Below, one piece after another: positions 1-13,783 of a stretch of 64,000 nt of DNA. This DNA is from Amoebidium appalachense (taxonomy: Eukaryota; Protista; Ichthyosporea). Each line of letters begins with the position of its first letter. Within the stretch, counting starts at the first letter, position 1. The notes beneath the pieces were generated by a model that saw only the letters and a program-made list of their open reading frames with translations, was not told the DNA's origin and ran no database searches. Location of the stretch: positions 2,666,001 through 2,730,000 of the forward strand of contig CAVNZM010000012.1 in NCBI GenBank assembly GCA_963693365.1. Direction: 5' to 3'. The position numbers and the translations under genes are program-made.

Positions 1-142
1 GCGTGTACGTGTGCAGGTATATGTGTAAGTGTGCTTGTGAGTGTGTTTGCGTGTGTCTGTACAAATCCGACGTTTCATGCAGGAAGGAAAACCAAAACCG
101 CAGAATTTCTAACGCTTCATGAGGACACAAGCAATTACACAC

Positions 143-470
143 CTGAAATCCAAAAGCAGCGGCGGCGTTGGGTGTCACAATGATACATGTCATGTTGCCA
201 GCCTGATTGGACACATCTGAAGCAACCTGAGGTAATGAGAACAAAAATCACTCCCTGGTTCACATAAAAACGTGACACGAGCACACACAGGCACGTAGAT
301 AATAAAACGACGGCATACATTGGCTTCTACTTATACAGATTAAGATGCTCATTGGACCAGGCATGTACCTGTGGTGCTGCAGAAGGTGCAACCAGCAGCA
401 GCACAAAGAGCACGAGCGAGAAGACCACGCACAACGCCTTACGCGGCGTTCCTTTCAAAAAACCCCCCAT
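143..470 (-). CDS. 5' exons of an unidentified secreted/membrane protein; gene runs off the window start
   Basis: Exon 470-369 gives MGGFLKGTPRKALCVVFSLVLFVLLLVAPSAAPQ (signal-peptide-like) followed by a GTACAT donor. Exon 226-143 (TCAG acceptor, GTGTGT donor) gives VASDVSNQAGNMTCIIVTPNAAAAFGFQ in phase 0. Confidence 0.55.
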
Positions 471-1005
471 TGCTTCTATTAGTATCCGCAGTAAGTCGGT
501 CGACCACTATGCAAAAACAAAACGTCTTCTTCTTTTGCGCTCCGACGTCTGATCAAGGGCCTCCGGCCCCAAAAACAGGGGTATGGAAGGCTGAAATAGA
601 GGGACTACTTCAATTTGAATGACGGATTATGCTAAAAAAAATACACATCGGATGCATGTGAGGCTTGTTTAGTCATGTTTTATTCTACTTTCATGCGCTT
701 TTATGCACTTGTGTTGTGATCTATGTGTTTCGCGGCACTTCCGCTACACGAGTCCCCATGGACTTGGGGCTAGAGCCCCGAAACGGTTGGTTCGATTTGG
801 CAATCATAACATTGGGTGCGCTCTTCATCCCCTCCCCTCCCAGGTCTTCCTTTCACACGCACACACACACACACACATAACCACGGGCGAGGTTGGGATG
901 GAAAACCCTGGCCTGTGCTAAGTGTGTACATCCCTCCGGGAACAAAACGATTGAATAAACTTTAATTTGAAAACAAAAAACACACATTGCTGCGCCCACA
1001 CAAAC

Positions 1006-1060
<55 letters not shown>

Positions 1061-1239
1061 GTGACACCCAACCCCCCCCCTTTCCCCCCCGGGGCCCACA
1101 TGCACACACACACACACATACGCAAACACCTGTCTGTGTGTGTATCTGTGTGTGCATACGTGTGTGTGTGCGTGCGTGTGCGCGCGCGTGTGTCTGTGAT
1201 TTTTTTTTTCAGGGTCTGGATGCGTGAGTAAGGGAGGGG

Positions 1240-1273
<34 letters not shown>

Positions 1274-1551
1274 AGAAAGGCAGGCTCAAACGGAAAAGCT
1301 TAGCTATTTTAAGTGGTGAGATATGGGTACATAAGGTGTTGTCTTCACCGTAGCAACTCTCCTTTGGCACTCCGAAGATGAGCACTAAGTTCAGGTTCAT
1401 TTTGAATAACGATTGTAAAATGAGAACCCGATGGACACGCTTGTGGTTGTGTTTTAGCAAATCAAAACCCTCTGGCCGCAGCAGTGCAGCTGAGCCCCCC
1501 CCCCCCCCCCCCCCCCCCCCCTCCCCCCCACTCCTTCTCACCTCCCCCCCA

Positions 1552-1587
<36 letters not shown>

Positions 1588-1841
1588 CGGCTGTTTTGCC
1601 AGGCTTTTTATACCGGGCTCTTGCCTCCGTATACGAGGCCACTTGAAAAAATGTAGTGTGAATGGAAGCATAAGTCTGCCCTAGTGTACACTTCTAAGGA
1701 GGTGAAAAGGGGTGTTCACCGTGGTAGGTGGAGAGGAGCTTTTCTGACCACACAAGAAAAACACAAGGGAAGATCTAGCTAGAGCAAGGAAACTTTAAAG
1801 GAAAGGCTGTTGGTGGCTGTGGGAAGTTGGTGGTGGTGGTG

Positions 1842-1872
<31 letters not shown>

Positions 1873-2331
1873 GGGGGGGGGTGCTCATGGCCCTAATATG
1901 TTTTTATCAAATGGTGGGATGCAATAACGGTAGAGTTTTTGCTGCACACCCGAGACAGATTTGGTATCTCACTGACGGCTGTGCACCGTCACCACAACAA
2001 CAAACAAGTATGTAAGAATAATTGGTTTTTATTTTGCCAGTATTGCATGGTATCAGCCCCTTATGGGCTTTTAAGCTATTAATAGAGTTGCCAGTTGCCA
2101 AGTGACCCAGAATATATATTGAGTGCAGATAAGGCTTGCTTTTATATGATGTTTTCTCCTGGCTTAGCCTTCGCCAAAACCCCATGTATGTGCTGCCTTC
2201 CAGGCCCTAGCCTAACCGTCGAATCATTACACTGCTTATAAAATCCATTTCAGCTAACCAACCAAAACATACATTCCAAAATACTTAAAATCTTTCTAAA
2301 AACATGCCTGATACAACACCGCACCGCAGTG

Positions 2332-2469
2332 ACCAGCCGTTATTTATAGATCTATGCTTTCAGTGGCCGCCGGGGAGCTCCCTCGTCATAATTCTGTCAC
2401 ACCAGCCGTTATTTATAGATCTATGCTTTCAGTGGCCGTCGGGGAGCTCCCTCGTCATAATTCTGTCAC
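2332..2469. repeat. 69-bp tandem duplication covering the permease stop codon and proximal 3' UTR
   Basis: 2332-2400 and 2401-2469 are identical except for one substitution (GCCGCC vs GCCGTC). Confidence 0.95.
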
Positions 2470-4096
2470 AATAACGGAGCTTAGAATTCCAGGTACCATA
2501 GCAGAAATAAACAACCATACCAACAGCCAGCCACCCAAGGAACCGATAAGCCGTCTCCTTACCCGTCGAGCTCACCAACCAAATGCACAACCCAATAGAT
2601 ATGAAGGGCACAAGGGGTAGATCATACTTGATACCGTTTCGGTTGATTGGGATATTCCCCCAGCATTTGAAAAGACGCTGGGCCTCTGGTTGCGTAAAAC
2701 GAAGAACAACTACACCGATAGACACAAGGATAAAAGCAAACAGCGTGCCGATGGAAGACATGTCGGCAAGCACGTCGATGGGGAGAGTAGCGCCTGCAAT
2801 GGCACAGAAAGCGCCCGTAAAGATGGTTGTGACGTAGGGTGTCTTGAACCTGGGGTGAAGCTTGGCGGCAACTTGAGGGAGGAGACCGTCCTTAGCCATT
2901 GAGTAGAAGATGCGGGGTTGGCCCATGAGGGTAACCAGAAGCACAGAGGTGAGACCGGCCATGGCTGCAAGCGTGACGACAATCGACAGCCACGTGCCCC
3001 CGATCGTGTCTGCCACGTAGGATATGGGAGAAGCAACACTCTTGTACTCGGTGTAGGGCACAACACCCACCAGCACCAACGCCATGAGGATGTACAGAAT
3101 TGTGCACACACCCAAAGACCCCAACACACCGATGGGAAGATCGCGCTGAGGAACCTTAGCTTCCTGGGCCATGCACGTGACTGAGTCGAACCCGATATAG
3201 GCAAAGAACACCACCACGGCAGCACGCATCACCCCCTTGAACCCGTAGGCATCGCCTCCTTCGTTGGGGGGCATGAAAGGTGAGTAGTTGTCGGGATCAA
3301 CCTTGGTGAAGCCCAGAATGATCACCAGAAGCACTACGACCACCTTGATGGCAACGATGACATGGTTGACCCATGCAGACTCCTTGATGCCGATGACAAG
3401 GATGATGGTCACTATGATCACAATCGACGCTGCTGGCAGATCCACATAGTTGCCCGTCACAATGAATTCATTTGCGGCCGAGTCCCAGGCGAGTGGGGCA
3501 CTGCACCACCTGGGGTCAAACTCCACACCGATCTTGGAGAAGAACGACCGGAAATAGGCCGACCAGCCCACTGCCACGGCCGAAGAGCCTATCATATACT
3601 CCAGAAGTAGATCCCAGCCAATCACCCAGGCAATGAACTCACCCATGGTCGCGTATGTGAAGGTATAGGCGCTGCCGGAGATGGGAATCATGGTGGCCAT
3701 CTCGGTGTAGCAGAGGCCAGCAAATGCAGACGCGATGCCCGCAATGACAAACGAAATTACGACGGCGGGGCCTGCATAGTTGCCTGCAGCCACACCAGCC
3801 AGCACGAAGATGCCCGTGCCGATGATAGCACCCACACCCAGCGCCATCAGGTCGAAGCCATTGAGGCAGCGCCTCATGCCGCTGTCAGCCTCGCCTTCAG
3901 CAACCAGACCGGCAAAATTCTTTGTCTGCCACATTTGCCACCAGATGCGGTCACAGCCCCCCTTGCCTGCAAGCTGGTCGTCACTGCCCATGGTGTCGCG
4001 CTTCCCATTTTGGTCAATGTCCGCCACACCACCATCATTGACGCCAGAGGAGGTTACCCCCTCCAGCTTTTTCATGTTTGCTTCGCTGTCTGTCAT
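2429..4096 (-). CDS. APC-superfamily amino-acid permease (cationic amino-acid transporter-like), intronless, 555 aa
   Basis: Long ORF with about 12 hydrophobic segments and the family motifs GAIIGTGIF, GSAYTF, FFAYIGFD, PRIFYSMAKDGLLP and SIGTLFAF. Confidence 0.93.
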   Translation of the reverse strand: MTDSEANMKKLEGVTSSGVNDGGVADIDQNGKRDTMGSDDQLAGKGGCDRIWWQMWQTKNFAGLVAEGEADSGMRRCLNGFDLMALGVGAIIGTGIFVLAGVAAGNYAGPAVVISFVIAGIASAFAGLCYTEMATMIPISGSAYTFTYATMGEFIAWVIGWDLLLEYMIGSSAVAVGWSAYFRSFFSKIGVEFDPRWCSAPLAWDSAANEFIVTGNYVDLPAASIVIIVTIILVIGIKESAWVNHVIVAIKVVVVLLVIILGFTKVDPDNYSPFMPPNEGGDAYGFKGVMRAAVVVFFAYIGFDSVTCMAQEAKVPQRDLPIGVLGSLGVCTILYILMALVLVGVVPYTEYKSVASPISYVADTIGGTWLSIVVTLAAMAGLTSVLLVTLMGQPRIFYSMAKDGLLPQVAAKLHPRFKTPYVTTIFTGAFCAIAGATLPIDVLADMSSIGTLFAFILVSIGVVVLRFTQPEAQRLFKCWGNIPINRNGIKYDLPLVPFISIGLCIWLVSSTGKETAYRFLGWLAVGMVVYFCYGTWNSKLRYCDRIMTRELPDGH

Positions 4097-6034
4097 TGCG
4101 GCGTCTCTCAGTAGTAGGGTTTAGCAGTGGTTGTGTCAGCTTTCAACCTTCGGAGCGTGGAAGGGTAAACAAACACACGTTGTACCGTGACACCAAAAGC
4201 GACAAGCCGACAAACTGACGGAGTGGAGAGGAGTGAAGGGAGATCTCAAGAAAAAAAAGGGAACTTTGAAAGCAGATACAGGCTGATGACAAGAGCAATC
4301 CGTGATATTTAACCTATCGGAATTGAATATAGAAATCTACTCAGATTCCATTGCGGTTGACTGCGTCACTGGTCACGCGTCGGTGACCTTGTATAGTGGT
4401 TGCTGGGCAAGTAAGCACCACTATAACACTATGCATGTTATCATAACAGGATAAATAGAAAAGAAATTTACCAACTAATATCCGGCTAATAACTTCGAAA
4501 CCGGTTTGTGGCAGCGTGACTTGCCATGAACATCTGGCTCGTTTACTACCAGTGCGCGGAGCGGAGTGAGTCTTGAGGGCCAATTATAGACCGTATGATG
4601 AAGTTGACGTGACTTTGTGTGCGTGTGTGTTGTGTGGCTGTGTCAATTTTTGTGTGGAAATGTGTTGGATGTGAATGTGTGTGATCTATATATGTGCTAT
4701 TAGCATCAAAAAAAAAAAAAAAAAAGAACCATCGTCCTTCAACTTGAACTGAAGCTCGAAGTCATGAAACGGAATTTCTTGCGTGAGGGTTAATTTTAGG
4801 TTTAAAATTCAGATATATGCCTTGCTGCTGATTGGTCAAACGGCGTAAAGAATCACGGATTGATCTACGATAAGATCACGCCAGACTCCTGCTTCGTCAA
4901 GGTGACGTATTCATTCGCGGTTCAGAATGGTGCCACAGCGGCTGCAGCTGCAGGATCAGCTGTTGAAGGTTTCGACTATGAGCTCTCGTTTTTTGTTCTT
5001 TTCAAGTTGTGCAAGTAAGGAGTAACCAGAAAAAACCTTTTCCGAAATCACGAAGTCAATATGGTTTCGCTGTGAACATTTTGCGACCAAACTATCAAGA
5101 ATTCCCATGCTTTATGTCCAGCATATATGTCAGTGAGTGGCACGCGTACGCGTGCGCACACGTCATGCGCGCACGCGCGGTTTGAACCATAAACCCCCCG
5201 CCCGCCCACACTATCAAAAAAAACAACTCGCCCGCGGCGCCGCCGCGCCCGGCTCCGGTCTGGTCCGTCTGGCCGGCCTTGGGGCATTGATAATAATCTG
5301 GTTGAGTATAATGCTATATAAAATAAGTTTATGACTAATTCTTGATCATTCTACACACACAGATATTATAAATACTTTGGTCAAGTTTTTTAAAAAGTTT
5401 AAACAGGAGAACGGTCCGTCGAATAAATCCAGTCAAAAGAAAAAAGGGAGAACGGTAGTGCGATTAGCGCCCCCAAGTCAAAGAGACCCCAACGGCTCCG
5501 AAATTCCTCGATGCACTCTTGGCCAATAGAACTCTGTCGACATGAAAAATGCCGGAAAGTCATTAACAAAAAAAAAAAAAAAAAGGAGAAAAGAGAGAAC
5601 GAGAGGAAAGGAAAAGGAAAAAGAAGCCTTTTTGAAACGTAAGGGGCCACCAAGACCTGTTCTCACGTCGTCCACGGTAGGAGGGAGAGGGCCCCGAGGA
5701 TGAGGGGTTGCTGCTGTGTACATGTCAATGATACATTGGCCCATCCCGTGAGTCGTGACGTGCTCGTACGCGTGCACATGATACCAAGCTTGTCATGACA
5801 TTGACACGTGTGATCATCATGCGATGTCGATCGAGAACGGGCCGGGCGGTGCATGTGTGCCAGGAGGAGGAGGAGGAGGGGGAGGGGGAGGGGGGAAGGG
5901 GGGGGGGGAGGGGGAGGGGGGGGGAAGGGAGGGAGGGAGGGAGGGAGGGAGGCTGGGAGGGAGGGGAGGAGATCTGCCTGAGAGGGGAGGGCCCGGGGTG
6001 GCCACGGGAGAGAGCTGGAGGGAGAGAGAGGCCA

Positions 6035-6079
<45 letters not shown>

Positions 6080-6315
6080 GGAGAGAGAGAGAGAGAGATC
6101 AAGTCTTAGAGAGAGATTAAGAGAGAAAGAGGGAGTCTCTCCGAGAGAGAGAGAGACTCGGAGAAAGAGAGAGAGGAGAGAGAGAAGAGGGAGAGAGAGG
6201 GGAGGGAGGGGGGGCCCGAGGGCAGGCCGGGGGGCCGGGGGAGGGGGAAGTCTAGGGAGAGAGAGACACACACAGAGCTAGCTATAGAGAGAGAAGGCCC
6301 CGGCCGCGGGGAGAG

Positions 6316-6346
<31 letters not shown>

Positions 6347-6492
6347 ACGGGAGAGATTTAGATCTGAGCTGAGAAGGAGAGAGCCTCGAGAGTTTCAGAG
6401 AGGCCGAGAGAAGAGAGATAGAGGGCCGGGGTCTAGAGAGGAAGAGAGAGGGAGTCTGAGGTCGAGAGTCTGAGATCTAGAGAGTTCGAGGT

Positions 6493-6530
<38 letters not shown>

Positions 6531-6541
6531 TCTAGAGAGAT

Positions 6542-6583
<42 letters not shown>

Positions 6584-6775
6584 CAGCGGGAGAGAGAACA
6601 AGCGCCAAGCGAGGGAGAGGGCACCCGGGCTCCGGGGGGGGGGGGGGGGGGAAGGGGGGGGAGGGGGGGGGAGGGGGGGGGGGGGGGGGGAAGAATTTCA
6701 AGACAACCTAGTGTGAATTCAAGACAAAGACGAAAGAGAAAAAAAAAAGGCCTGACACGCCAGCAGTCAAGGAAA

Positions 6776-6807
<32 letters not shown>

Positions 6808-7049
6808 CTATGTATTGTGACAGTCTGTGACAGTCACTTGGCCATGGATTGTTTGCGACATTTCCATTTTTCTTACACCACACACAGACCGACATGAACA
6901 CAAGTACAGACACGTGCACCCGGACATCCGCACACGCACAAGCACAGCCGGACAGACTCGGAGGAACTTCAGGGGGGGGGGGGGGGGGAGGGGGGGGAAT
7001 AAATCCCATGCTCAATGCCTGAGTGTGTGTGCCAGGCCCTGAGTGTGTT

Positions 7050-7084
<35 letters not shown>

Positions 7085-7121
7085 TGTCTGCGATGTGTGT
7101 GTGTGTGTGTGGTGTCTGTGA

Positions 7122-7175
<54 letters not shown>

Positions 7176-8729
7176 GGTGATGCGTGTGCGTGTGTGTGTG
7201 TGTACGCGTGTGAAAGCATGTGTGTACATGTGTGTGTCTGCAAAAACATCAATAATGAATTTATTCGAGCAGCGCGTCGGAGGGGACAATCAAAAAGAAA
7301 CAACCCTGGTGGTTCCCTGTAAACTTACTTGACATAAGAAACTTCGTCTATTTTAATTTTTTTTCTTTTTTTTAACTGCGTTTAATTTAACAGAGCTCAG
7401 AGTACCAGGGCTCTAATATGTTTATCCATTATACCACGCCCCTTATCCTCCCAAAAGTAATATTCATACAGTGACGGTGTCAGACAAACACGGCATATTG
7501 CACAAGCAGCAACTAAATCAAAAGGACATCACACAATCAGGGAATTTCGAAAATTAGTTGGAAAAAAAAGGTGGGGGTAGAGAGAAACTTGAATTACAGA
7601 AATTGATTATTACGATCGGCTTTATGCTCGTCCCATCTAACATGCTTAATGAAGGTCCCCCCCCCCCCCCCCCCCCTCCCCCCCCCCCCCCCCCAACACC
7701 CACCCACCCACCCACCACCACCACCACCACCACCACCACACAAAAAAAAAAAAAAAAAAAAAAAAAAAAGCGCTGTTGGCAACCACTAGATCCCCCCTTC
7801 CAACCAAGGTAAGGGAGTATCCCCTCCTCCCCCTGTCCTCCGCCCCCCCCCCCCCCCCCCCCTCTGCGACCGGTTTAAAGGGAGCCAACCTCAGCCCAAT
7901 AGCCGCACTATGATTTGCAGAGAGGCCAGAGGCTTGCATGGTTGGAAACATCGACTGCTGGGGAAAGGGGGGAAAGGAGAACTGTTAGGCAGAATTTTCA
8001 CAAGTGTGTTCACCGCAGTACAAACCCACATATGCATCATACAGACTCCGAAAGCCAGTCCCCCTCCCCCTCCCCTCCCCCCTCTCACCCCCTCCCTTCC
8101 CCCCACCTCTCCGCAACCACCATCTAGCACCACAAAGAGGTTCCAATAAAAGACTGTGTGGTGTTGGGTACCTCGTTAAGGATGTGTGCGCTGCTAACCA
8201 CCCACATCCACAGACACAGCCTCCCAATCACACCTGCGCACATACAAACACATGTACGGTCACACACATTGAGCTCTTTTCCTGCTGTAACCACATCCCC
8301 ATACCCCCCCCCCCCTCCTCCCCCTCCCCTGCCCGCCCTCCCCCTCCCCCCCCTCTCTACACACGAAGACAACTTCACCAGTCTCTCACTATGTCTCCCC
8401 CCCCCCCCCCCCTCCTCCCCCCCCCCCCCCCCCCCCCCTCCCCCCTCTCCCAAGGGCTGCTCAAACACACGTACCATGGACAAGAGGGGAGAAGAGGGGA
8501 AGGGGGGGGGGGGGGGGGGGGATGCTTTTATCAAAGTTACAGCCCGGTGAATATTGAAATAGCAAATGTGATGCACGTCTGTGCTACTTAACATCTACGG
8601 GGGGGGGGGGGGGGGGGGTAAATGTATTGCTCAGTATGAAGCACACATAAAACAGACAGCAAGCAAGACACGAGTGAAAGATAAATGGGGGGGGGGGGGG
8701 GGGGGGGGAGGTAGGGGAAGAATGCTAGT

Positions 8730-8797
<68 letters not shown>

Positions 8798-8954
8798 CGT
8801 ATGTGTGTGCGCGCGCGCATGTGTGTGTGCGCGTGCATGTGTATTTGCGTGCGCGCCCGTGAGTGTGTGGAAGAGAAGGGGGGGGGGGGGGGGAGGGGGG
8901 GAGGGGGGGGGGGGGAGGGGGGGGAGGGGGGAGAAGCACCAAACCTACCCGTGT

Positions 8955-9515
8955 CTATGCCGATGCCTGCACCTGTGCGTCAGTGCTCACTTTGCTCTCA
9001 CTCACCCCCCCACCGCTACCACCCGCCACCGATCCCGGGACCTGGGGTGGATCGTACCACTGGGAGATGATCGATAGGCAATGCAATAGGTTGACGCTAC
9101 GCTGCACAGGCTCTAAAAGCATAGAATAATGCATGAGAATCTCGTCTCTGGCCACCGGCATAAATTCGAGATATCCTGAAATTTCGGGATCTTGGACTTG
9201 ATCCGCGACGTAGAATTTCTGCTGGGATTCTTGAATGCATGGGAGGCCACGGCATGCCTTTTGCAGGCCGGAAAGTTTTGCGAAGTTGAATGTGGTGCGG
9301 TCGGGGGGTGACCCTGGCCATGTGGGTAGGCGGTCTTGTTCTTGGAGATCTTGGAGCAGCCCCTGTGTGTGTGTGTGTGTGAATTTGGAGAGAGGGGGAG
9401 GGGGGGGAGGGCAAGGGGGGGGGGAGGGGGGGGGGGAGAGGGAGGGGGAGGGAGAAGGTGGTTGTGTGTGAGTGGGGGGGTGAGGGGTGGGGGGGTGTTG
9501 TGTGCGAGTGTGCGA

Positions 9516-9573
<58 letters not shown>

Positions 9574-9902
9574 GGGGAGGGGGGGGGGGGAGGGGGGAAG
9601 GAGGGGGGAAGGCCGGTTAACACTTGACTACAAATTTGTTGTAAGCTTCTCCCAAGTGGGCTCCCTATTCCTCCTCACCCCCAAACCTCCTCCCCCTCTC
9701 CCTCCCTCCCCGAATCCCCCGGTCTATAGCAACCAGCCCGCTCACCCGCTGGCCGCCATAACTCCACCGCCACCACAAAGCCTATACCGTCAGTTTTTTC
9801 AAGCCTTTCACTAACCTTCTATGAGAGCCAGTGTTTCAGGGTTAAATGTAAGAAGCAACGCGTGCGACACACGCACACGCGCACATGCGCACACAAACAC
9901 AA

Positions 9903-9936
<34 letters not shown>

Positions 9937-12900
9937 ACGCACGCGCGCATGTGTATGTGTGCGTGAACGTGTATATGTACGTGCGCACGTGCATGTGTGG
10001 ATGTGCACGTGAAAGAAGATAGAACAATTATCCATTGCACATACATCGATAGCAGGGATGTAGGGCTCCTCCAATGGGTGCAATGCCGCCACCACCCTCC
10101 GATACTGCTCGTAGTTTCCATCCGCAGGCCTACACACCGCCTGCATATCCCCAAGCAATTTGATAGTTTCTGGAGGAAGAGCCGAGAACGTTTGCGTCAT
10201 TCGCGTCAACGCAGGGTGTGAAAGACCCTCCACTATAGATGCCAGGGTGTTGTAGTTGCGTAGGCGGGCAAGTTCGCGAGCCAATGAAACCATGCGGGTT
10301 ACCATAGCAACCCGGTGCTTGGACTCGGCAACCAGGCACACTTCTGTTGCTACCCAACGGGACACTCGTTGCATCCACTCACGTAGCTCCTGCAAGAGGG
10401 GGTTTGGTTGGTGTGTGTGAAGGGGGGGAGGAGGGGGGGGGGAGGGGGGGGGGGGGGGGGGGGGGGGGGAGAGAGGTGTGAGAGGAAAGGGGAAGGCAGA
10501 TGTTAGAATGTCGCTCCCCGTAAGACATAAGTTAAGTAGCTACAGGCACACCCACACACACACCCAGACACACAAATAAATCCACGAACACCCACACACA
10601 GAGAGTACCCCCTCCCCCCCGTCAATCCTACACAAACACAACCACACAGCGGCACACGCCCTATCTCACAATCAAGCCCACGCACGCACACACACACGCA
10701 CACACACACGCACACACACACACACAGATACACCACACACACACACCTATGAACGTCCACCCCCTTGGGAATGCATACAGTCGCAAGCAGGCAGACGGGC
10801 ACACCGATACCCACAGAAAGAGAACAAAGGCATGGAGACACGTGCAACATGTGCACACACGTCACACCCAAAAAGATCACCCCGAATTCTCGGATCATCA
10901 AACAGCCATTACACACACGAACATGCGCGCGTGCACACACACACACACACACACACACTCACTCACAGACCCAATCCACCCACCCACTCCCGCCCTGCCC
11001 CCTCCCTCCCCCCCCCCCCCTTCCCCGAACGCCTGCTCGTCCGCCCGTCCATACATACCCACCCTCCCGCCTCCCTCCCCTGTCCCCTGGCCCCCTCCGC
11101 ACCCCCCCACCCCCCTCCTCCCTTCCCCCCCATACCTCCCCCTCCCCATCTCTCCTCACCCACCCACTCACACACACACACACCCAGTCACACGTACCTG
11201 CAAGGGCTGAGTCTCGTGCTCCCACCCCCTCAGATGCCACACGTGGTGCAGCAGACACACATCCGTCACATTTTTCATCAACCTTGCCTCCACATACGTC
11301 AACTGTTGGGCTACCCCCTCCGGCCGCATCGCGTGTAATTTCGCGCCCTTAATCGCCCCTTTCCCTCTCACCTCCGAAGCCTTTTCCGTAGCCTCCGAAC
11401 GTGGTTTTTCCCCTCGTTCAAGGGCTTTTCTCGCCTGTTCGTCTCTCTGCGCGCTCTCTTCTCTCTCCTTGTTGATTTTCCGTTTTTTCCGTTCAATTTT
11501 CTTAATTTCGTCCTCGATCGCCCCCCGTATTCTCGTCTCCATATCCGATAAATCATATTCGTCCAATTCATCCAAAAACCCCAAAAGCATTTTCCGCGGC
11601 TCCCCCTCATCTTGCGGGGCCTGTTGGGGCATTCCGTCGTCCGAATTTACCGAATTTGCTTTAGGGGGGGTCCCAAGTCCCTCCAACTCTTGTTCAGACG
11701 CAAAATCCTGCAACCACCACGTTTGAACCCACTTCAAAATGAAATTACACAGGCGTCCCCTCACGGCCCTACCCTCCTCCATCCCGTCCCTCTCGAATCT
11801 TTCCAGAATCCGCCGGAAGAAGTCTGCCGGCGTGACGACCAACCGAAACATAAGTAGTGCCGTGCTTTGAAAATCTTTATCCCCGGTATTTGCTAACTGA
11901 TCTACCATTTGTTCCACCGTTTCCGCTCTTACCTCTTCCTTCTGTGGGGCGAGTAAAACCTCCATAGACCTCATTTGCGCCGACGGCGGGCCCCGACGCA
12001 TGGTCCCGAAAGCGAGCGCCGCCGATCGCGATCCGACATTTTCAAACGCACTAAGCGATCGGGTATCGTCCGGCGTAAACATGGAAATTTTCGTGCTTTC
12101 GCGGCTAAGGGCTGTGTTCACAGACGTAGTGCTCTGTGTGCTCAAAGTAACGGCGAAATCTGGTGGGGGTTGAAGAGAGAAAAAGAGTTCTTCGTAGTTT
12201 TTCAGTTTTTGGATCACGTCAGACCCGTCGCAGCGTTGCATTCTCCCCCTTGCGTCGGCGTAAAACAAAGAATAGTTGCTCGGGGAGTCGTCGATACCGA
12301 TTCCCTCAAGGATAGCACGCACGGCTTCACGTGCTGTCGTTTCCGCAGTTATCTGTATGGAGGAGAGGGGTTGGTGGGTGGAATAGGAGGGGGTGGGAGA
12401 GGGAAGGGGGCGGAGGGGGAGGGGGGAGGGGAGGGGGGGGGGGGGGAAGGGGGTTAGAGGTGGGGAATGGGCGGCACCCGGGGGGGGGGGGGGGGGGGGG
12501 GGAGGAGAGGGGGGGGGGGGGGAGGGGGGGGGGGGGGGGGGGGGGGGGCAGGGCGTTGATGGAGATGAATATATTGCAGAGAGCGGTCAGTAAATGGGTA
12601 ATTAGTTTTGGTGTGTGTGGTTGGGTGTGTAATGGGGGGGGGGAGGGGAAGGGGGGGGGGGGGGGGGGGGGGGGGGTTTGAATGCGGAACACGGTACGAA
12701 GTACGCATACACGATGAGAAGCATGGTGCGGGACACATGCAAAGGCAAACATTCAAGTATGCAACATCAGCCATGTGCACAGTATGCGTCATAAGCAGAG
12801 CCCATCCTCAGGGAGGGCCCAAGTCATCAATTAAGTCATCAATTGCGTCTGAGTTTCGACCCCTTAGCCCCCGTATATACGACTCTCCAACTCAGACAGC

Positions 12901-13738
12901 AGCATCAACTGAACTTGGGTGGGTCAACCCGTCTTGATGAAGACGAGCAGGGTTGCTTATGCAAGCAAGGTGAGCAAAACGGTGAAGATGTGTGTGAAAA
13001 CTAAAGCAGTGCAGCGAAAAATGCGTATGTGCTTACAGATGCACGACACAGAGCAACCATGCCCGGTTGCATGGAAGTAAGGGGGGGGGGGGGGGGGGGG
13101 GGGGGGTAAATATGTTTGATAGAATGTGAAGTACACATTCACGAAGGGTAATACAATGCAGAAGCTGAAGAACATACAACATACACAGTATGTGGGGGGG
13201 GGGGGGGGGGGGGGGGGGGGGAGAAAATAAACTGCAGAGAACCGTCTCTAAGTTGGCGGTGGCGGCGGCGGCAGTGGTGGTGTGGATGGGTGGGTGGGTG
13301 GGGGACGGCGGGAAGTTGTGTGTGTGCGCACGTATGCGTGTTTTTTCTTTTGGGGGGGGGGGGGATGACAGGGATTGGAGATGGTGGGGTATCAAATGGA
13401 GGTGACGAGTGGTGTTAGAAGGCACAGCCATGAACACGTAAACGAGGTGGGGTAGTAGAGGTCATGTGGGCATGCGGGTGCCCCCCCCCCCCCCCCGGAG
13501 GTGCAAAGTGTGCATACATTTCTGCATACTATGTGTGTGTGTGCATGCTGTACATGTGTGTGCATGCTGTGCATGTGAATGTGTGTGTGTGTGTGCATGC
13601 TGTGCATGTGTGCGTGTGTGTGTGTGTGTGTGCATGCTGTGCATGTGTGCGTGTGTGCGTGTGTGTGCATACTCTGCATGTGCATGTGCAGGTGTGTGTG
13701 TGCACACTGTGTCGGTGTGTTTTCATACACTGCTTGTG

Positions 13739-13783
<45 letters not shown>

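Noticed and set aside
583-660. In-frame TGA codons suggesting stop-codon reassignment
   Set aside because: TGA, TAA and TAG all terminate well-supported genes here (TAF10, chitinase, RNF4-like, SLC41), and no homology supports read-through.
619-1660. Small plus-strand spliced gene with an 11-nt microexon at about 1213-1223
   Set aside because: Splice-like signals exist, but I could not build a convincing open frame or recognise a product.
6080-6620. Degenerate GA tract with AGATCT/TCTAGA words (similar at 31360-31835)
   Set aside because: Low-complexity sequence, plausibly with basecalling noise. No consistent unit or spacer structure, and not a CRISPR array.
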